Of a stretch of 64,000 nucleotides of DNA, positions 54,356 through 63,383 are shown in pieces. The notes under the pieces were generated by a model. The model searched no databases. It was not told the DNA's origin and saw nothing but the letters and a program-made list of their open reading frames with translations. Both the position numbers and the translations under genes were made by a program. The DNA comes from Candidatus Daviesbacteria bacterium. Lineage in GTDB: Bacteria > Patescibacteriota > Microgenomatia > Daviesbacterales > UBA10151. The stretch lies in NCBI GenBank assembly GCA_016184225.1, contig JACPDA010000004.1:134800-198799 (forward strand), given 5' to 3'. The first letter of the stretch is position 1. The number at the start of each line of letters is the position of its first letter.

Positions 54356-55999
54356 TTGTCAAGTCTTTACAAAATTTTTAATAGTGCTATCATCATAGTC
54401 CGTATGAATAAACTTTTAGATTTTTGGGCTCCTTGGTGTATTGATCCGGAAACTCCGGTTTTAACTGAAAATGGTTATATAAAAGCTTTACAAGTTAAGA
54501 TAGGGCAAAGATTAATCGCAATTGACCCAAAGACTAAAAAGCAATCAATTAAGAAAGTCCAAAAGGTGAGAATTTTTAAAGATGCTTCTTCCAAAAAAAT
54601 AATTTTAGAAACAGGTAGGGAATTGGTTGGAGATGTTAATCACCTAGTCTTAACACAAGAAGGTTTTAAAAAACTAGAAGAGCTAACAGTGGGAGCAAAG
54701 ATTTTAGTTGATCCTGTAGTTAAAGTAGACCAATTTAATGAATCAATTGCTCTTGCAAGGTTATTAGGTTTTGTTGTGACAGATGGGTATCTATATGAGG
54801 ATTTAAAACACCATATTCACGAAACCCATTTTTTTGTGGGAACAGAACAAGATGCAAAAGATATCAAAAACGATCTGGAATGCTTAGGTTTCCATAAACT
54901 TGAAATTAAAATAAGATCCAATAAAAGAGTCATTGACGGCAGAGAATTCATAATTAATACTTACCGTTGCCGCAATTTTGAGAAAGCTTTATTTGAATTG
55001 TTGAAGTCCAAAGGAGCTCCTGTCGGTCGCAAGAAGAACCAGGCTTATTTTGTTCCCGAATGGATTATGGATGGGGATGTATCCGTGAAAAGCGCTTTTT
55101 TAAGTGGCTGGTTGGGCGGAGACGGATGCAAGATCGATTATTATATCAAACATGCTGGCGCCAGCTCTCATAATGCAGGCTTCAAGGTTAATGCTATTGA
55201 ATTTCATAAAGAGAAAGAGTTTGAAAGAGAGGGAATTCTTTACGCGAAACAACTGGGATTATTACTTGAACAATTGGGAGTTGAAGTAAGGGATATATCA
55301 AGCAGTGATGATGAAGACGGGGTAATTATTTCACTCAGAGTAGCTACTGACTATCAATCGCTATTTAACTTAGCTAGTATTGGCTACGCTTATGCTAGAT
55401 CAAAGAATGTTAGCATTCCTTTTATCAGGGAGTTTTTACAGTACAGACTTTTTGAACGTAATCGTTATATTCAAGCAAAGCAAATTGCTCTTCAGCAGTT
55501 AGCCTTAGGAGTCAGCAGTAACCAAATTGCTGAGAGTTTGCAAATCCCAGTTGGCACAATAGTTAGCTGGAATTATGCAAATAGAGATACTCAAGTAGTG
55601 TATCCTGCTAAAGGCGGTGAGGCTTTATTTATAAAATGGTTGGAACAGCGTCAACAAGAAAACTTATTATGGGAAAGAGTCTTATCAATTGAAGAAGCAG
55701 ATAATCGTGATGTAATAGGTATTACAGTCGGTGACCCTCATACAATTATAACTAATGGGATGGTCTCTCATAATTGTGGACCCTGTCATGTGATGGCTCC
55801 TGTTTTGGAAGAACTGGAAAAAGAACTCTCAGGCAAGGTTGAAATAGAAAAAATTAATGTTGATGATAATCAAGCCAAAGCCAGCGAGCATGGAGTGATG
55901 AGTATACCAACTTATATTATCTTAAAAGATGGTAAAGAGGTGGCTAGAAAAATTGGGGTAACTGCTAAAGCAGATCTTTTGAAATTGCTTCAAAGTTGA
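54356..55999 (+). CDS. trxA: Thioredoxin interrupted by a LAGLIDADG-type intein
   Basis: Exteins read ...DFWAPW | CGPCHVMAPVLEEL..., i.e. the WCGPC active site is split. Intervening 446 aa starts with Cys and ends with His-Asn, followed by Cys+1. Confidence 0.85.
   Translation: MSSLYKIFNSAIIIVRMNKLLDFWAPWCIDPETPVLTENGYIKALQVKIGQRLIAIDPKTKKQSIKKVQKVRIFKDASSKKIILETGRELVGDVNHLVLTQEGFKKLEELTVGAKILVDPVVKVDQFNESIALARLLGFVVTDGYLYEDLKHHIHETHFFVGTEQDAKDIKNDLECLGFHKLEIKIRSNKRVIDGREFIINTYRCRNFEKALFELLKSKGAPVGRKKNQAYFVPEWIMDGDVSVKSAFLSGWLGGDGCKIDYYIKHAGASSHNAGFKVNAIEFHKEKEFEREGILYAKQLGLLLEQLGVEVRDISSSDDEDGVIISLRVATDYQSLFNLASIGYAYARSKNVSIPFIREFLQYRLFERNRYIQAKQIALQQLALGVSSNQIAESLQIPVGTIVSWNYANRDTQVVYPAKGGEALFIKWLEQRQQENLLWERVLSIEEADNRDVIGITVGDPHTIITNGMVSHNCGPCHVMAPVLEELEKELSGKVEIEKINVDDNQAKASEHGVMSIPTYIILKDGKEVARKIGVTAKADLLKLLQS
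54437..55774 (+). mobile_element. Intein (446 aa) with LAGLIDADG homing endonuclease domain, inserted at the thioredoxin active-site Cys
   Basis: Cys1 CIDPETPVLTENG (block A). LAGLIDADG motifs LARLLGFVVTDGYL and FLSGWLGGDGC. C-terminal VSHN followed by extein CGPC. Confidence 0.8.
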
Positions 56000-56307
56000 A
56001 TTTTAAAGATAGAGTTTTACAAATTGTGAAAAAAATTCCTTATGGAAAAGTTACCACCTATGGTACTGTGGCTATTTTAGCGGGAATTCCAAGAGGGGCC
56101 AGGTTAGTGGGAGGAATTTTGCATTACCAAGGAGATAAACTGCCTTGGCATCGGGTAGTCAACCGCCACGGATTTATTTCTACTAAATGTTTGGACCATC
56201 CCAAAAAGCTTCAAAAAGCTCTGCTGGAGCAAGAAGGCATAGCAGTTTCTCCGGATTTCATGGTAAACTTGGAAAAGTATGGATGGTGGGGAAAAGAATT
56301 GACCTAA
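55996..56307 (+). CDS. Alkyltransferase-like protein (ATL; MGMT DNA-binding domain lacking the active-site Cys)
   Basis: 103 aa. PWHRVVN replaces the PCHRV motif. Helix-turn-helix VKKIPYGKVTTYGTVA. Start overlaps the trxA stop. Confidence 0.7.
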   Translation: MNFKDRVLQIVKKIPYGKVTTYGTVAILAGIPRGARLVGGILHYQGDKLPWHRVVNRHGFISTKCLDHPKKLQKALLEQEGIAVSPDFMVNLEKYGWWGKELT

Positions 56308-56407
56308 TTACTAATTAACCTAATTGATCTAAATAATGACTAATGTCTAGTTTAGAAATTTAGTCATTGGGATTTGATTAGAAATTAGTAATTAAAAATT
56401 AGAAATT

Positions 56408-57076
56408 ATGAAGGATATTTGGATTATTGCTAACTGGAAAAGCAATAAAAATATTAGCGAGGCTTTAGACTGGATTTCCCAGGTTGGCCCGAAAATTCCT
56501 AAGCAGGATAATTTAAAAGTTGTGGTTTGTCCGACTTTTAGTGCTCTCTCGGAAGTTAAAAAAGCCATTACTGTGGGAAATTTTCCTCTTCTGGTGGGAG
56601 CACAGGATTTATCTCCATTTGGGATAGGTGCTTACACCGGGGAAGAGCCGGCAGAACTTTTAAACCAACTAATCACCTTAACGATTTTGGGACACTCTGA
56701 AAGGCGGCAAAATTTTAGAGAGTCCGATGAGACAATAGCGAAAAAGACACAGCAGGCATTGGGCAACAATATAACTCCACTGGTGTGTGTTCAAAACGAG
56801 GAGATACCGGTGCCTGAAGGTTGTAAACTGGTAGCCTATGAACCTATCTGGGCTATTGGTACCGGTAATCCGGATACTCCTGAGAACGCTAATGTTGTGG
56901 CGGAGAAAATAAAGCAACAGTATAGTGCCAGTATAGAAGTGGTTTATGGGGGGAGTGTTCATTCAGGCAATGTTAAAGATCTTGTTATGCAAGAAAATAT
57001 TAATGGAGTGTTAGTAGGTAGCGCTTCTTTGGATGCTGAGGAATTTATTAAGATATGTCAAGTTGTTTCGGAGTAA
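56408..57076 (+). CDS. tpiA: Triosephosphate isomerase
   Basis: Catalytic motifs NWK (Lys), GHSERR (His) and AYEPIWAIGTG (Glu). Confidence 0.85.
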   Translation: MKDIWIIANWKSNKNISEALDWISQVGPKIPKQDNLKVVVCPTFSALSEVKKAITVGNFPLLVGAQDLSPFGIGAYTGEEPAELLNQLITLTILGHSERRQNFRESDETIAKKTQQALGNNITPLVCVQNEEIPVPEGCKLVAYEPIWAIGTGNPDTPENANVVAEKIKQQYSASIEVVYGGSVHSGNVKDLVMQENINGVLVGSASLDAEEFIKICQVVSE

Positions 57077-57082
57077 TATCAA

Positions 57083-58330
57083 GTGAAAACTTTGCGACCC
57101 TTAAGACTCGGAAGAGGCAAAAAAGATAATTCTTTAAAATTAAGAAGAGTAAAAAAAATCTTCAAGAAACTGCTGCCGATCACTTTAGTGATCGGGATTT
57201 TTATATTACTTGCCTTTTTCATAACAACCTTATCTGGTACTGGTTCTTATGTAAGTTCCATAATTTCCGGCACCTCCTTAAAGTCTACCAATGGTCAGGT
57301 GAATTTAGTACTCTTAGGAATTGCAGGGGGGCTGCATGATGGTAGTAATTTAACTGATACCATTATGGTTGCTTCGTATAATCTAAAAACCAATCAGGTA
57401 TATTTATTTTCCATACCTCGGGATTTGTGGTTACCGGCGCTGCGGAGTAAAGCAAATGCGGTTTACCAAATTGGTCTTTCAGAGGGTAATGACTTAGGGT
57501 TAGCTAAAGTAGTTTTGGGAAATGTTTTAGGAATACCGATTCATTACGCCTTGAGGGTAGATTTTAGAGGATTCGTACAAGCAATTGATGCAATAGACGG
57601 GATAGAGGTAGTGATTGAAAATCCGTTTGATGATTATCTGTACCCGATTGCTGGTAAAGAAAACGACCTTTGTGGAAATACGGAAAAAGAGATAGATTTT
57701 AATGAAGAAGAGGCAAAGAAATTAAATATCGAGCCGGGTAAGAGAAAGGTTCTAATTACAAACGACGGACAAATTGCCACCGATTCAGCCCAGGAAGATA
57801 AAGGAATTGAATATTTTAATTGTCGATATGAACACATCAGTTTTAGCAAGGGTAAGATGCAAATGAGCGGGGCAGTGGCTTTGAGTTTCGTGCGTTCAAG
57901 ACACGGAACAAATAGTGAAGGATCGGATTTTGCCAGGTCAAAAAGACAACAAAAGGTAATTGAGGCGGTCAGGAATAAACTCTTATCCTTAGAAACTTTA
58001 ACAAACCCACAAAAAATTACAGATTTAATGGGGGCATTAGGTAAAAGCATAGACACTGATATTTCTGTAAAAGAAGCGATAGATTTTTACAAATTGTCAC
58101 AAAAATTAAATAAAACTTATAATTTTATTTTGGATGATTCTCCGAAATTTGGTTTACCTGATAATCGCAAGTCATTGCTCGTACATCCGCCGGCTTCAGA
58201 TTACGGAGGCGCCTATGTTTTAGTGTCTCAAGATGATGACTTTTCTATTGTTCAGGGATATGTTAGAAAGGTACTGAAAGGTGAAATAACAGAATATGAT
58301 GCTACAGCTTCTGCACGGACCCGCAATTAA
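57083..58330 (+). CDS. LytR-CpsA-Psr (LCP) family protein
   Basis: N-terminal TM, then LCP core ...DTIMVASYN...IPRDLWLP...VRSRHG. Confidence 0.8.
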   Translation: MKTLRPLRLGRGKKDNSLKLRRVKKIFKKLLPITLVIGIFILLAFFITTLSGTGSYVSSIISGTSLKSTNGQVNLVLLGIAGGLHDGSNLTDTIMVASYNLKTNQVYLFSIPRDLWLPALRSKANAVYQIGLSEGNDLGLAKVVLGNVLGIPIHYALRVDFRGFVQAIDAIDGIEVVIENPFDDYLYPIAGKENDLCGNTEKEIDFNEEEAKKLNIEPGKRKVLITNDGQIATDSAQEDKGIEYFNCRYEHISFSKGKMQMSGAVALSFVRSRHGTNSEGSDFARSKRQQKVIEAVRNKLLSLETLTNPQKITDLMGALGKSIDTDISVKEAIDFYKLSQKLNKTYNFILDDSPKFGLPDNRKSLLVHPPASDYGGAYVLVSQDDDFSIVQGYVRKVLKGEITEYDATASARTRN

Positions 58331-58934
58331 TGCTTCCAGAAGGAAGCTTCAAGAATTAAAGAAAAAATTTAATCCGGAAAATATAGTGGTTTTTGATTCG
58401 GAGGCACAATCGGGACAGGTAATTGCCAGTTTAATGACTGTCCCAATGTTTTCTGAGCAGAGATTAATTATTTGGGAAAATCCTCCAGAAGGTTTTGTCT
58501 TAGACTCATCACTCATCACTCATCACTCATCACTCATCTTGTGGTTTGATTACGAAGTGGATACCAAGAAGTGGCCCCGGTTTGAGCCGCTATTTTTTCC
58601 CGAGGCTAAAGAAGTTTCAGTTTTTCCTTTTCTTGATTTTTTGGTAGCTAAAGATCAAAAAGCTTTTCTAGAAATGGAAAAATTAAAAACTGCTGGTTTT
58701 GATATCCATTACTGTCTGACGATGGTTTTTTATCTGCTGCGTAATTTAATTGTCACTCCTAAAAATGCCCCGGATTTTGTAAAAAAGAAGCTTATTAGAC
58801 AAAGAGCGGAATTTGACAGGGAAAAGATAACCAGGCTTTATAAAGATATCTTGGAAATTGACTTCAAAATGAAATCCGGCTTCTTAGAAAAACCCCAGGC
58901 AGAGTTTCTACTAATTAATAGGTTTCTGCGCTAA
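58296..58934 (+). CDS. Putative DNA polymerase III delta subunit (HolA-like), short
   Basis: 212 aa. Weak resemblance to the HolA N-domain (pattern LLHGPAINASRRKLQEL...MFSEQRLIIWENP). Contains an in-frame CATCACT x4 repeat (LITHHSSLI). Confidence 0.4.
   Translation: MMLQLLHGPAINASRRKLQELKKKFNPENIVVFDSEAQSGQVIASLMTVPMFSEQRLIIWENPPEGFVLDSSLITHHSSLILWFDYEVDTKKWPRFEPLFFPEAKEVSVFPFLDFLVAKDQKAFLEMEKLKTAGFDIHYCLTMVFYLLRNLIVTPKNAPDFVKKKLIRQRAEFDREKITRLYKDILEIDFKMKSGFLEKPQAEFLLINRFLR
58505..58538. repeat. CATCACT heptamer x4+ in-frame in the holA-like gene
   Basis: CTCATCACTCATCACTCATCACTCATCACTCATC. Confidence 0.8.
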
Positions 58935-58981
58935 ATTTATACACATTTTGAATCTGTTCGTGCCTGTGATAGAATAACCCA

Positions 58982-60544
58982 ATGAAAAATGTAGAAGGCC
59001 GCCCAGGCTATCCGGTTTTTTCAAGACCAAGTACAGATGTTACTTATATTAAAGGAGTAAATTTCTATAGACATTATGAACAACATAGAAAAGGAGCTAG
59101 GCCCATTGTTATTTATCCACCTCTAGGCAACGTTTGGATAGCGCTGGAGTATTTTGGCCAAAGATTTGGTATTAAAACATTGACCCAGCTTGAGAGAGAC
59201 GACGATTCAAGCAAACCCCAAAACCCGCCTAACATCAACAAAGAGACAGAAAATTTGGGTACCCAGTATTCTCCGGAAGGGATTTGTGGTCCTTTTAAGT
59301 CATTAATGGGCTATACCTTGCAAAGTGCGATAAGATTTGAAAAGTTACGGGAAGCAATGGGTGATGATGTTATTTACCCTGTTTTCATGACTCATGAGAG
59401 CACCGGACTTTGCAGGGAGCGAACTTATGGTAGATTGGCTGAAGCACATCTTCACGATTATTATATGCATAACTTTGGCCACGCTAATTTTGATTTTTAC
59501 ATCCTGAAAGATTCTGTCCAAGGGGTAATGGAATTTGTTTCCTTTCTTCTTGATGTTTCAGGAAGAAATATTGGAGCTTCTAGATTTAGAATAATTACTA
59601 ACTTTATTGACACCGTAAACCTTATAAACGAAGCGATCGAACGGTTAGATATGGCGGAAATTTTTGAGAAAGATGTCAGATATACTCAAAGTCTGATATC
59701 TGAAAACGATTTCCATAAGGCTGAAGTGATACTGCAGGGAGCAAGGCTGGCATTGGCATCAGGCGATTTGCCCAATAACAAAAAAAGTGGTGTTACACAT
59801 GTGATGCGCCAGAAGTTAGAAGACTTACCAGAGAGAAAGGTAATTCCCGGAGGTAATCTTGCTAAGGCTGGTGAGGTTTTTCTGGCTAATGTTCTGGATG
59901 AAATGCATCAGCGGGAGACTGCTGTTATTGGTGAAATCCCCCTGGCTAATGTTCTGGATGAAATGCATCAGAGGTTAAATGCCTTACCTAGGATAAGAGA
60001 GATTCCAAAGGGGGTGATTGCTATTGCCGGTGAGATCTTTATGGTTGAAGAAATGGCCAGTTCAGCAGCAGATCTCGGCTCGGTATTGGGAAAACTAGGA
60101 TATTACTATGTAAAAACCGTGGGTCACAGCCATTATACCCATAAAGTTAGATTAGATTTAGAAAGACTATCTGCATTTCTTATTAGAAAATTAAACCCAC
60201 TTCACAGGGATCAAAAGGCAGAATTAGCAGCAAAAGCAGGTTTAAGGCGTGATGTGGGCGGACACAGTTTAGATACAGGCAAACTTGCGACTCTAATTAA
60301 TGAAGGAAAGGCGGATTATGACGGTGTAATTGAAATGTTTCCTTACAATTGTCTCCCCCAAATTATGGCTGCCAATATTGTAAAATGTGAAATACCTTGG
60401 CTACGGTTGCTGTTTGGAGAACAAGCAGGTAGAGCAGGAATTATCACTAGAGTGGAAGCTTCTTTAGATACAATTGAAAGACGAAAACAAAAAGCAAAAG
60501 AAAGAAGATCTGCTACGATTGGTATCGCTACGAATCAGAATTAA
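58982..60544 (+). CDS. Hypothetical protein with internal exact 13-aa tandem duplication
   Basis: 520 aa, no confident domain. Duplication LANVLDEMHQR...LANVLDEMHQR comes from a 30-nt unit repeated at 59883-59912 and 59943-59972. Confidence 0.4.
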   Translation: MKNVEGRPGYPVFSRPSTDVTYIKGVNFYRHYEQHRKGARPIVIYPPLGNVWIALEYFGQRFGIKTLTQLERDDDSSKPQNPPNINKETENLGTQYSPEGICGPFKSLMGYTLQSAIRFEKLREAMGDDVIYPVFMTHESTGLCRERTYGRLAEAHLHDYYMHNFGHANFDFYILKDSVQGVMEFVSFLLDVSGRNIGASRFRIITNFIDTVNLINEAIERLDMAEIFEKDVRYTQSLISENDFHKAEVILQGARLALASGDLPNNKKSGVTHVMRQKLEDLPERKVIPGGNLAKAGEVFLANVLDEMHQRETAVIGEIPLANVLDEMHQRLNALPRIREIPKGVIAIAGEIFMVEEMASSAADLGSVLGKLGYYYVKTVGHSHYTHKVRLDLERLSAFLIRKLNPLHRDQKAELAAKAGLRRDVGGHSLDTGKLATLINEGKADYDGVIEMFPYNCLPQIMAANIVKCEIPWLRLLFGEQAGRAGIITRVEASLDTIERRKQKAKERRSATIGIATNQN

Positions 60545-60565
60545 ATTCTTAGTTTTTAGGAGATG

Positions 60566-61561
60566 TTATTGTGAGTTTAACGCTTTGAGTTTTTGGGACA
60601 TTAAGCTTAAGTCTTTTTGGTCAACTATTCCATCACCGTTAATATCAGCTTTTTTATTTTTGGGATTTTGGCCAAGGTTTTGAAGCAGCGTTGTGTAGTC
60701 TGTAGTATTGGTTATTCCATCTTCATTTAAGTCGTATTGATTAAAAGTTTCAGCTTGCTCCGGGGTTTCTTCCAGCATGGTCAAGTCTATATTCTGACCT
60801 AATTTTATCGGAGGTAAGGGAGTTGAATTAGCTTTTAATTTAAATGTAACAGTTGTCTCTTCTTTATCTGAGCGAATTATTAGTTTAGCAATAGCTCCTT
60901 CTGTTAGCTGGTACGTGCTGGAAAGATCAGCTTTTCTAACTTGCGAAAGCGGTATCAAGAAATTGCCGCCTGTTTTAACTGTCGAAGACTGGATAGTGGC
61001 CTCCGGCAGAATTAAGTAGATAACACCATTTTCTAAAGGTATGTTGCCATCCAGGATAGAACCTATAACCGGCGTGAATCCTGTTTGACTTGTTAGGGGC
61101 GTTGCGGTTTCAAACTTCTGAGTATCGGAAGTAATTTTACCAGAGGTGATTTTGAATTGATAGTTGGTTTGAGGAAGGAGGTTTTTTAGTGTGACGTAAT
61201 GAATAGAACGGGGTTTTGGTCCGCCAGCTGGCGGATTACCATCCCTATCATCCAGGACTGTTTGACCAGTAGGACTATTTTGGCCAAAGGTTAGGAAAGA
61301 AGCAGCCGGAGAATTGGTTTGCCAAGAAATTGCCACAGAATCTTCGGCAATATTTGCAACAGTAATATTTTGTGGAGTGAAATTAGGTGCAGCTTGTGAA
61401 AGAAATGTTTGTTCTCTTAAAACAAGGTAAACCCCACTTACAAGTCCCAAAAAAATTATACCGAGTCCCAAAAGAGTGGGGATTTTAAATTTGTTGATAA
61501 ATTCTTGCATAGCTTTAATTTTCCAAACCCCGAGTGTTAAACTCAGGACTAATAGGTTCAA
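60566..61561 (-). CDS. Membrane-anchored protein with C-terminal dockerin-like (Ca-binding) repeats
   Basis: N-terminal TM. C-terminal DLNEDGITNTTD and DINGDGIVDQKD match the dockerin/EF-hand-like D-x-N/D-x-D-G pattern. Confidence 0.55.
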   Translation of the reverse strand: MNLLVLSLTLGVWKIKAMQEFINKFKIPTLLGLGIIFLGLVSGVYLVLREQTFLSQAAPNFTPQNITVANIAEDSVAISWQTNSPAASFLTFGQNSPTGQTVLDDRDGNPPAGGPKPRSIHYVTLKNLLPQTNYQFKITSGKITSDTQKFETATPLTSQTGFTPVIGSILDGNIPLENGVIYLILPEATIQSSTVKTGGNFLIPLSQVRKADLSSTYQLTEGAIAKLIIRSDKEETTVTFKLKANSTPLPPIKLGQNIDLTMLEETPEQAETFNQYDLNEDGITNTTDYTTLLQNLGQNPKNKKADINGDGIVDQKDLSLMSQKLKALNSQ

Positions 61562-61695
61562 TTACCTCCTGTACTTTCTGAGGGATTTCTACCTTTGAAT
61601 AACTATGGAAGATATCAAATACCACCCAGGCAACAATTGTAACAAAAAGTAAAATTACAGCAATAAGCCACTGTTTCCTAGTCATGTTTTTCGAT

Positions 61696-62304
61696 TCATT
61701 TTAAGTAAAATGCTTTTCCGGATAAAGACATAATAAGTGCCGTACCCTCTTCAACTTTAGAGATTGATAAACTATCAACTGAGATTAACCTGCTACTGTC
61801 TTTAAGATCCTGCAACAAAGAAATTAGGTTTTCGTAATTGCCTTCTGTATTGAAGGTAAAAGAGACTTCTGACAGGGAACCCATTTGATTATCGGCAGTT
61901 TCGGTATTTATAACAAGAGGCTGGACTTGTAAGGCTGATACTGAGGCCTCATGGGCTTTGGCGGTTTGTTCCAAGACTTGGATTAGCGATTTTAAGCTGA
62001 TAGCATCAGGGATTGCTGCAGCAATCCTCTCTTTTATATTTTGATCCAAGTTATCATAATTTTTTTTACCTAAAGATAAGTTATTTGCTTTTTGAGTGAC
62101 TTTTTGTAAAACTTGATCTGAATCAACAAGCCTTTTTTGCAGTACCAGAATAGTTTCAACGGTGGGTTTGATTGCAAAAAATATCAGTAAGGATATTGTC
62201 AAAAGTGTGAATATTGCCGGCCCGTAATTTTTAATAACGGGTATTTTGCCAATTGGTTTAATATAGGTAAAGTACCTGGAATAGAGTAAAGATCTGCTTT
62301 TCAC
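61696..62304 (-). CDS. pilO: PilO-like type IV pilus assembly protein
   Basis: 202 aa. Single N-terminal TM followed by a coiled coil; overlaps the upstream PilN-like gene by 4 nt. Confidence 0.5.
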   Translation of the reverse strand: MKSRSLLYSRYFTYIKPIGKIPVIKNYGPAIFTLLTISLLIFFAIKPTVETILVLQKRLVDSDQVLQKVTQKANNLSLGKKNYDNLDQNIKERIAAAIPDAISLKSLIQVLEQTAKAHEASVSALQVQPLVINTETADNQMGSLSEVSFTFNTEGNYENLISLLQDLKDSSRLISVDSLSISKVEEGTALIMSLSGKAFYLK

Positions 62305-62879
62305 AAACTTTTTCCTCCGGAATCAGTTGATTTAGCGTCAATGGTGAATTTGATGGTTTCTTGTTCCAATCCAACCCCGGCAAGAGCGATATCGCTAAAG
62401 ATATCTTCTTCTTTCAATCCGCTGATAAAGCTAGTTATGTTGTTACTGGATTGAGTTTCACCAGTGATATGAATGGTAGCACCACCAGTATTTTTTCCTA
62501 TATTGATATTGATAATTTTAATGCCCAGAGGAGTTTGGTCGGAAATTTTTTTTAAAATCATCGGCCAATCCAGCGCGGTCTTTTTGGTGCTGTCGATATT
62601 AGATAGTTTAAGCTGTGTTTCTCTTATCAATATCTCATAAGGCCTAAGGCTTTCAATATAGGGGATTTGTTGTTCAATAGCTTCTTTTTTAGAGGCTAAA
62701 TCTGCGTCCAGTTTAAACCTGGCACCAAAAGCAATTAAGACTATGGCGTTTACTGCCACAAAGAGATAGCGTCCGGAAGAAAGCAGCCACCGAACAAGTT
62801 TAACCGGAAGTTTTTCAGGGTTGCTTTGGGGTTTAAGTAGGTTTAGTCTGATTGTCAGCAGGGGTTTAGGCTTGGGCAT
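62301..62879 (-). CDS. pilN: PilN-like type IV pilus assembly protein
   Basis: 192 aa. Conserved N-terminus RLNLL, then TM and coiled coil; PilN-family topology. Confidence 0.55.
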   Translation of the reverse strand: MPKPKPLLTIRLNLLKPQSNPEKLPVKLVRWLLSSGRYLFVAVNAIVLIAFGARFKLDADLASKKEAIEQQIPYIESLRPYEILIRETQLKLSNIDSTKKTALDWPMILKKISDQTPLGIKIININIGKNTGGATIHITGETQSSNNITSFISGLKEEDIFSDIALAGVGLEQETIKFTIDAKSTDSGGKSL

Positions 62880-62891
62880 GCCTTTATTATA

Positions 62892-62924
62892 CTAGGGTCT
62901 AGGGTTTAGGGTCTAGGGTGTAGG
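62892..62924. repeat. Telomere-like heptamer array (CTAGGGT/TTAGGGT/GTAGGGT) in the pilN-rpsT intergenic region
   Basis: CTAGGGTCTAGGGTTTAGGGTCTAGGGTGTAGG. Same TAGGGTN unit as at 48381-48420; reverse complement at 2643-2671. Confidence 0.8.
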
Positions 62925-62930
62925 AGTTAA

Positions 62931-63251
62931 TCACTTGGTTGAAGTTTTCTTGACAGAAGCTTTATTTGATAACCTGGACTTTAAGCGTGCAGCTTTACTT
63001 TCGCTTGCGAAAGAAGGCTGCGAGATTAATTTAGACAATCTTGACTTCAATCGAGCAGACTTATTAGGATGGATTAGGTGGACTTTGGCGGCTTTGTCTA
63101 AAGCTGAAAAGGCTGCAGTCAGGTCTTTGACAGTTTTGCTGGCTCTGGCCTTTTTGACTAAAGACTTTAAGGCAACTTCCCGCTTTTTGTTGCGGGCAGT
63201 TCTGACTTTATCTTTTCTGACCTTTTTAATGGCCGAGCGAATAATTGGCAA
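62931..63251 (-). CDS. rpsT: 30S ribosomal protein S20 with repetitive C-terminal extension
   Basis: S20 N-terminus MPIIRSAIKKVRKDKVRTARNKKREVALKS..HPNKSARLKSRLSKL. C-terminal extension duplicates the A/SARLKSRLS unit. Confidence 0.8.
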   Translation of the reverse strand: MPIIRSAIKKVRKDKVRTARNKKREVALKSLVKKARASKTVKDLTAAFSALDKAAKVHLIHPNKSARLKSRLSKLISQPSFASESKAARLKSRLSNKASVKKTSTK

Positions 63252-63383
63252 TCGGAGCGCCCTCCTTTCTTTGGCGCGAGATCGCTTGCAAAAATTGTCT
63301 AAATGACAATTTTTGACAAGGGCGAGCGTTATGGTATCATAGCCACTACCTTTTTAGCAAGAAAGCAGATAAACTAAGTTAAG

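Noticed and set aside
62892-62924. TTAGGGT arrays as genuine telomeres, or evidence of eukaryotic contamination
   Set aside because: Arrays are 4-6 units long, sit inside or between bacterial genes on an apparently contiguous bacterial locus, and are phased to preserve reading frames. They are not chromosome ends.
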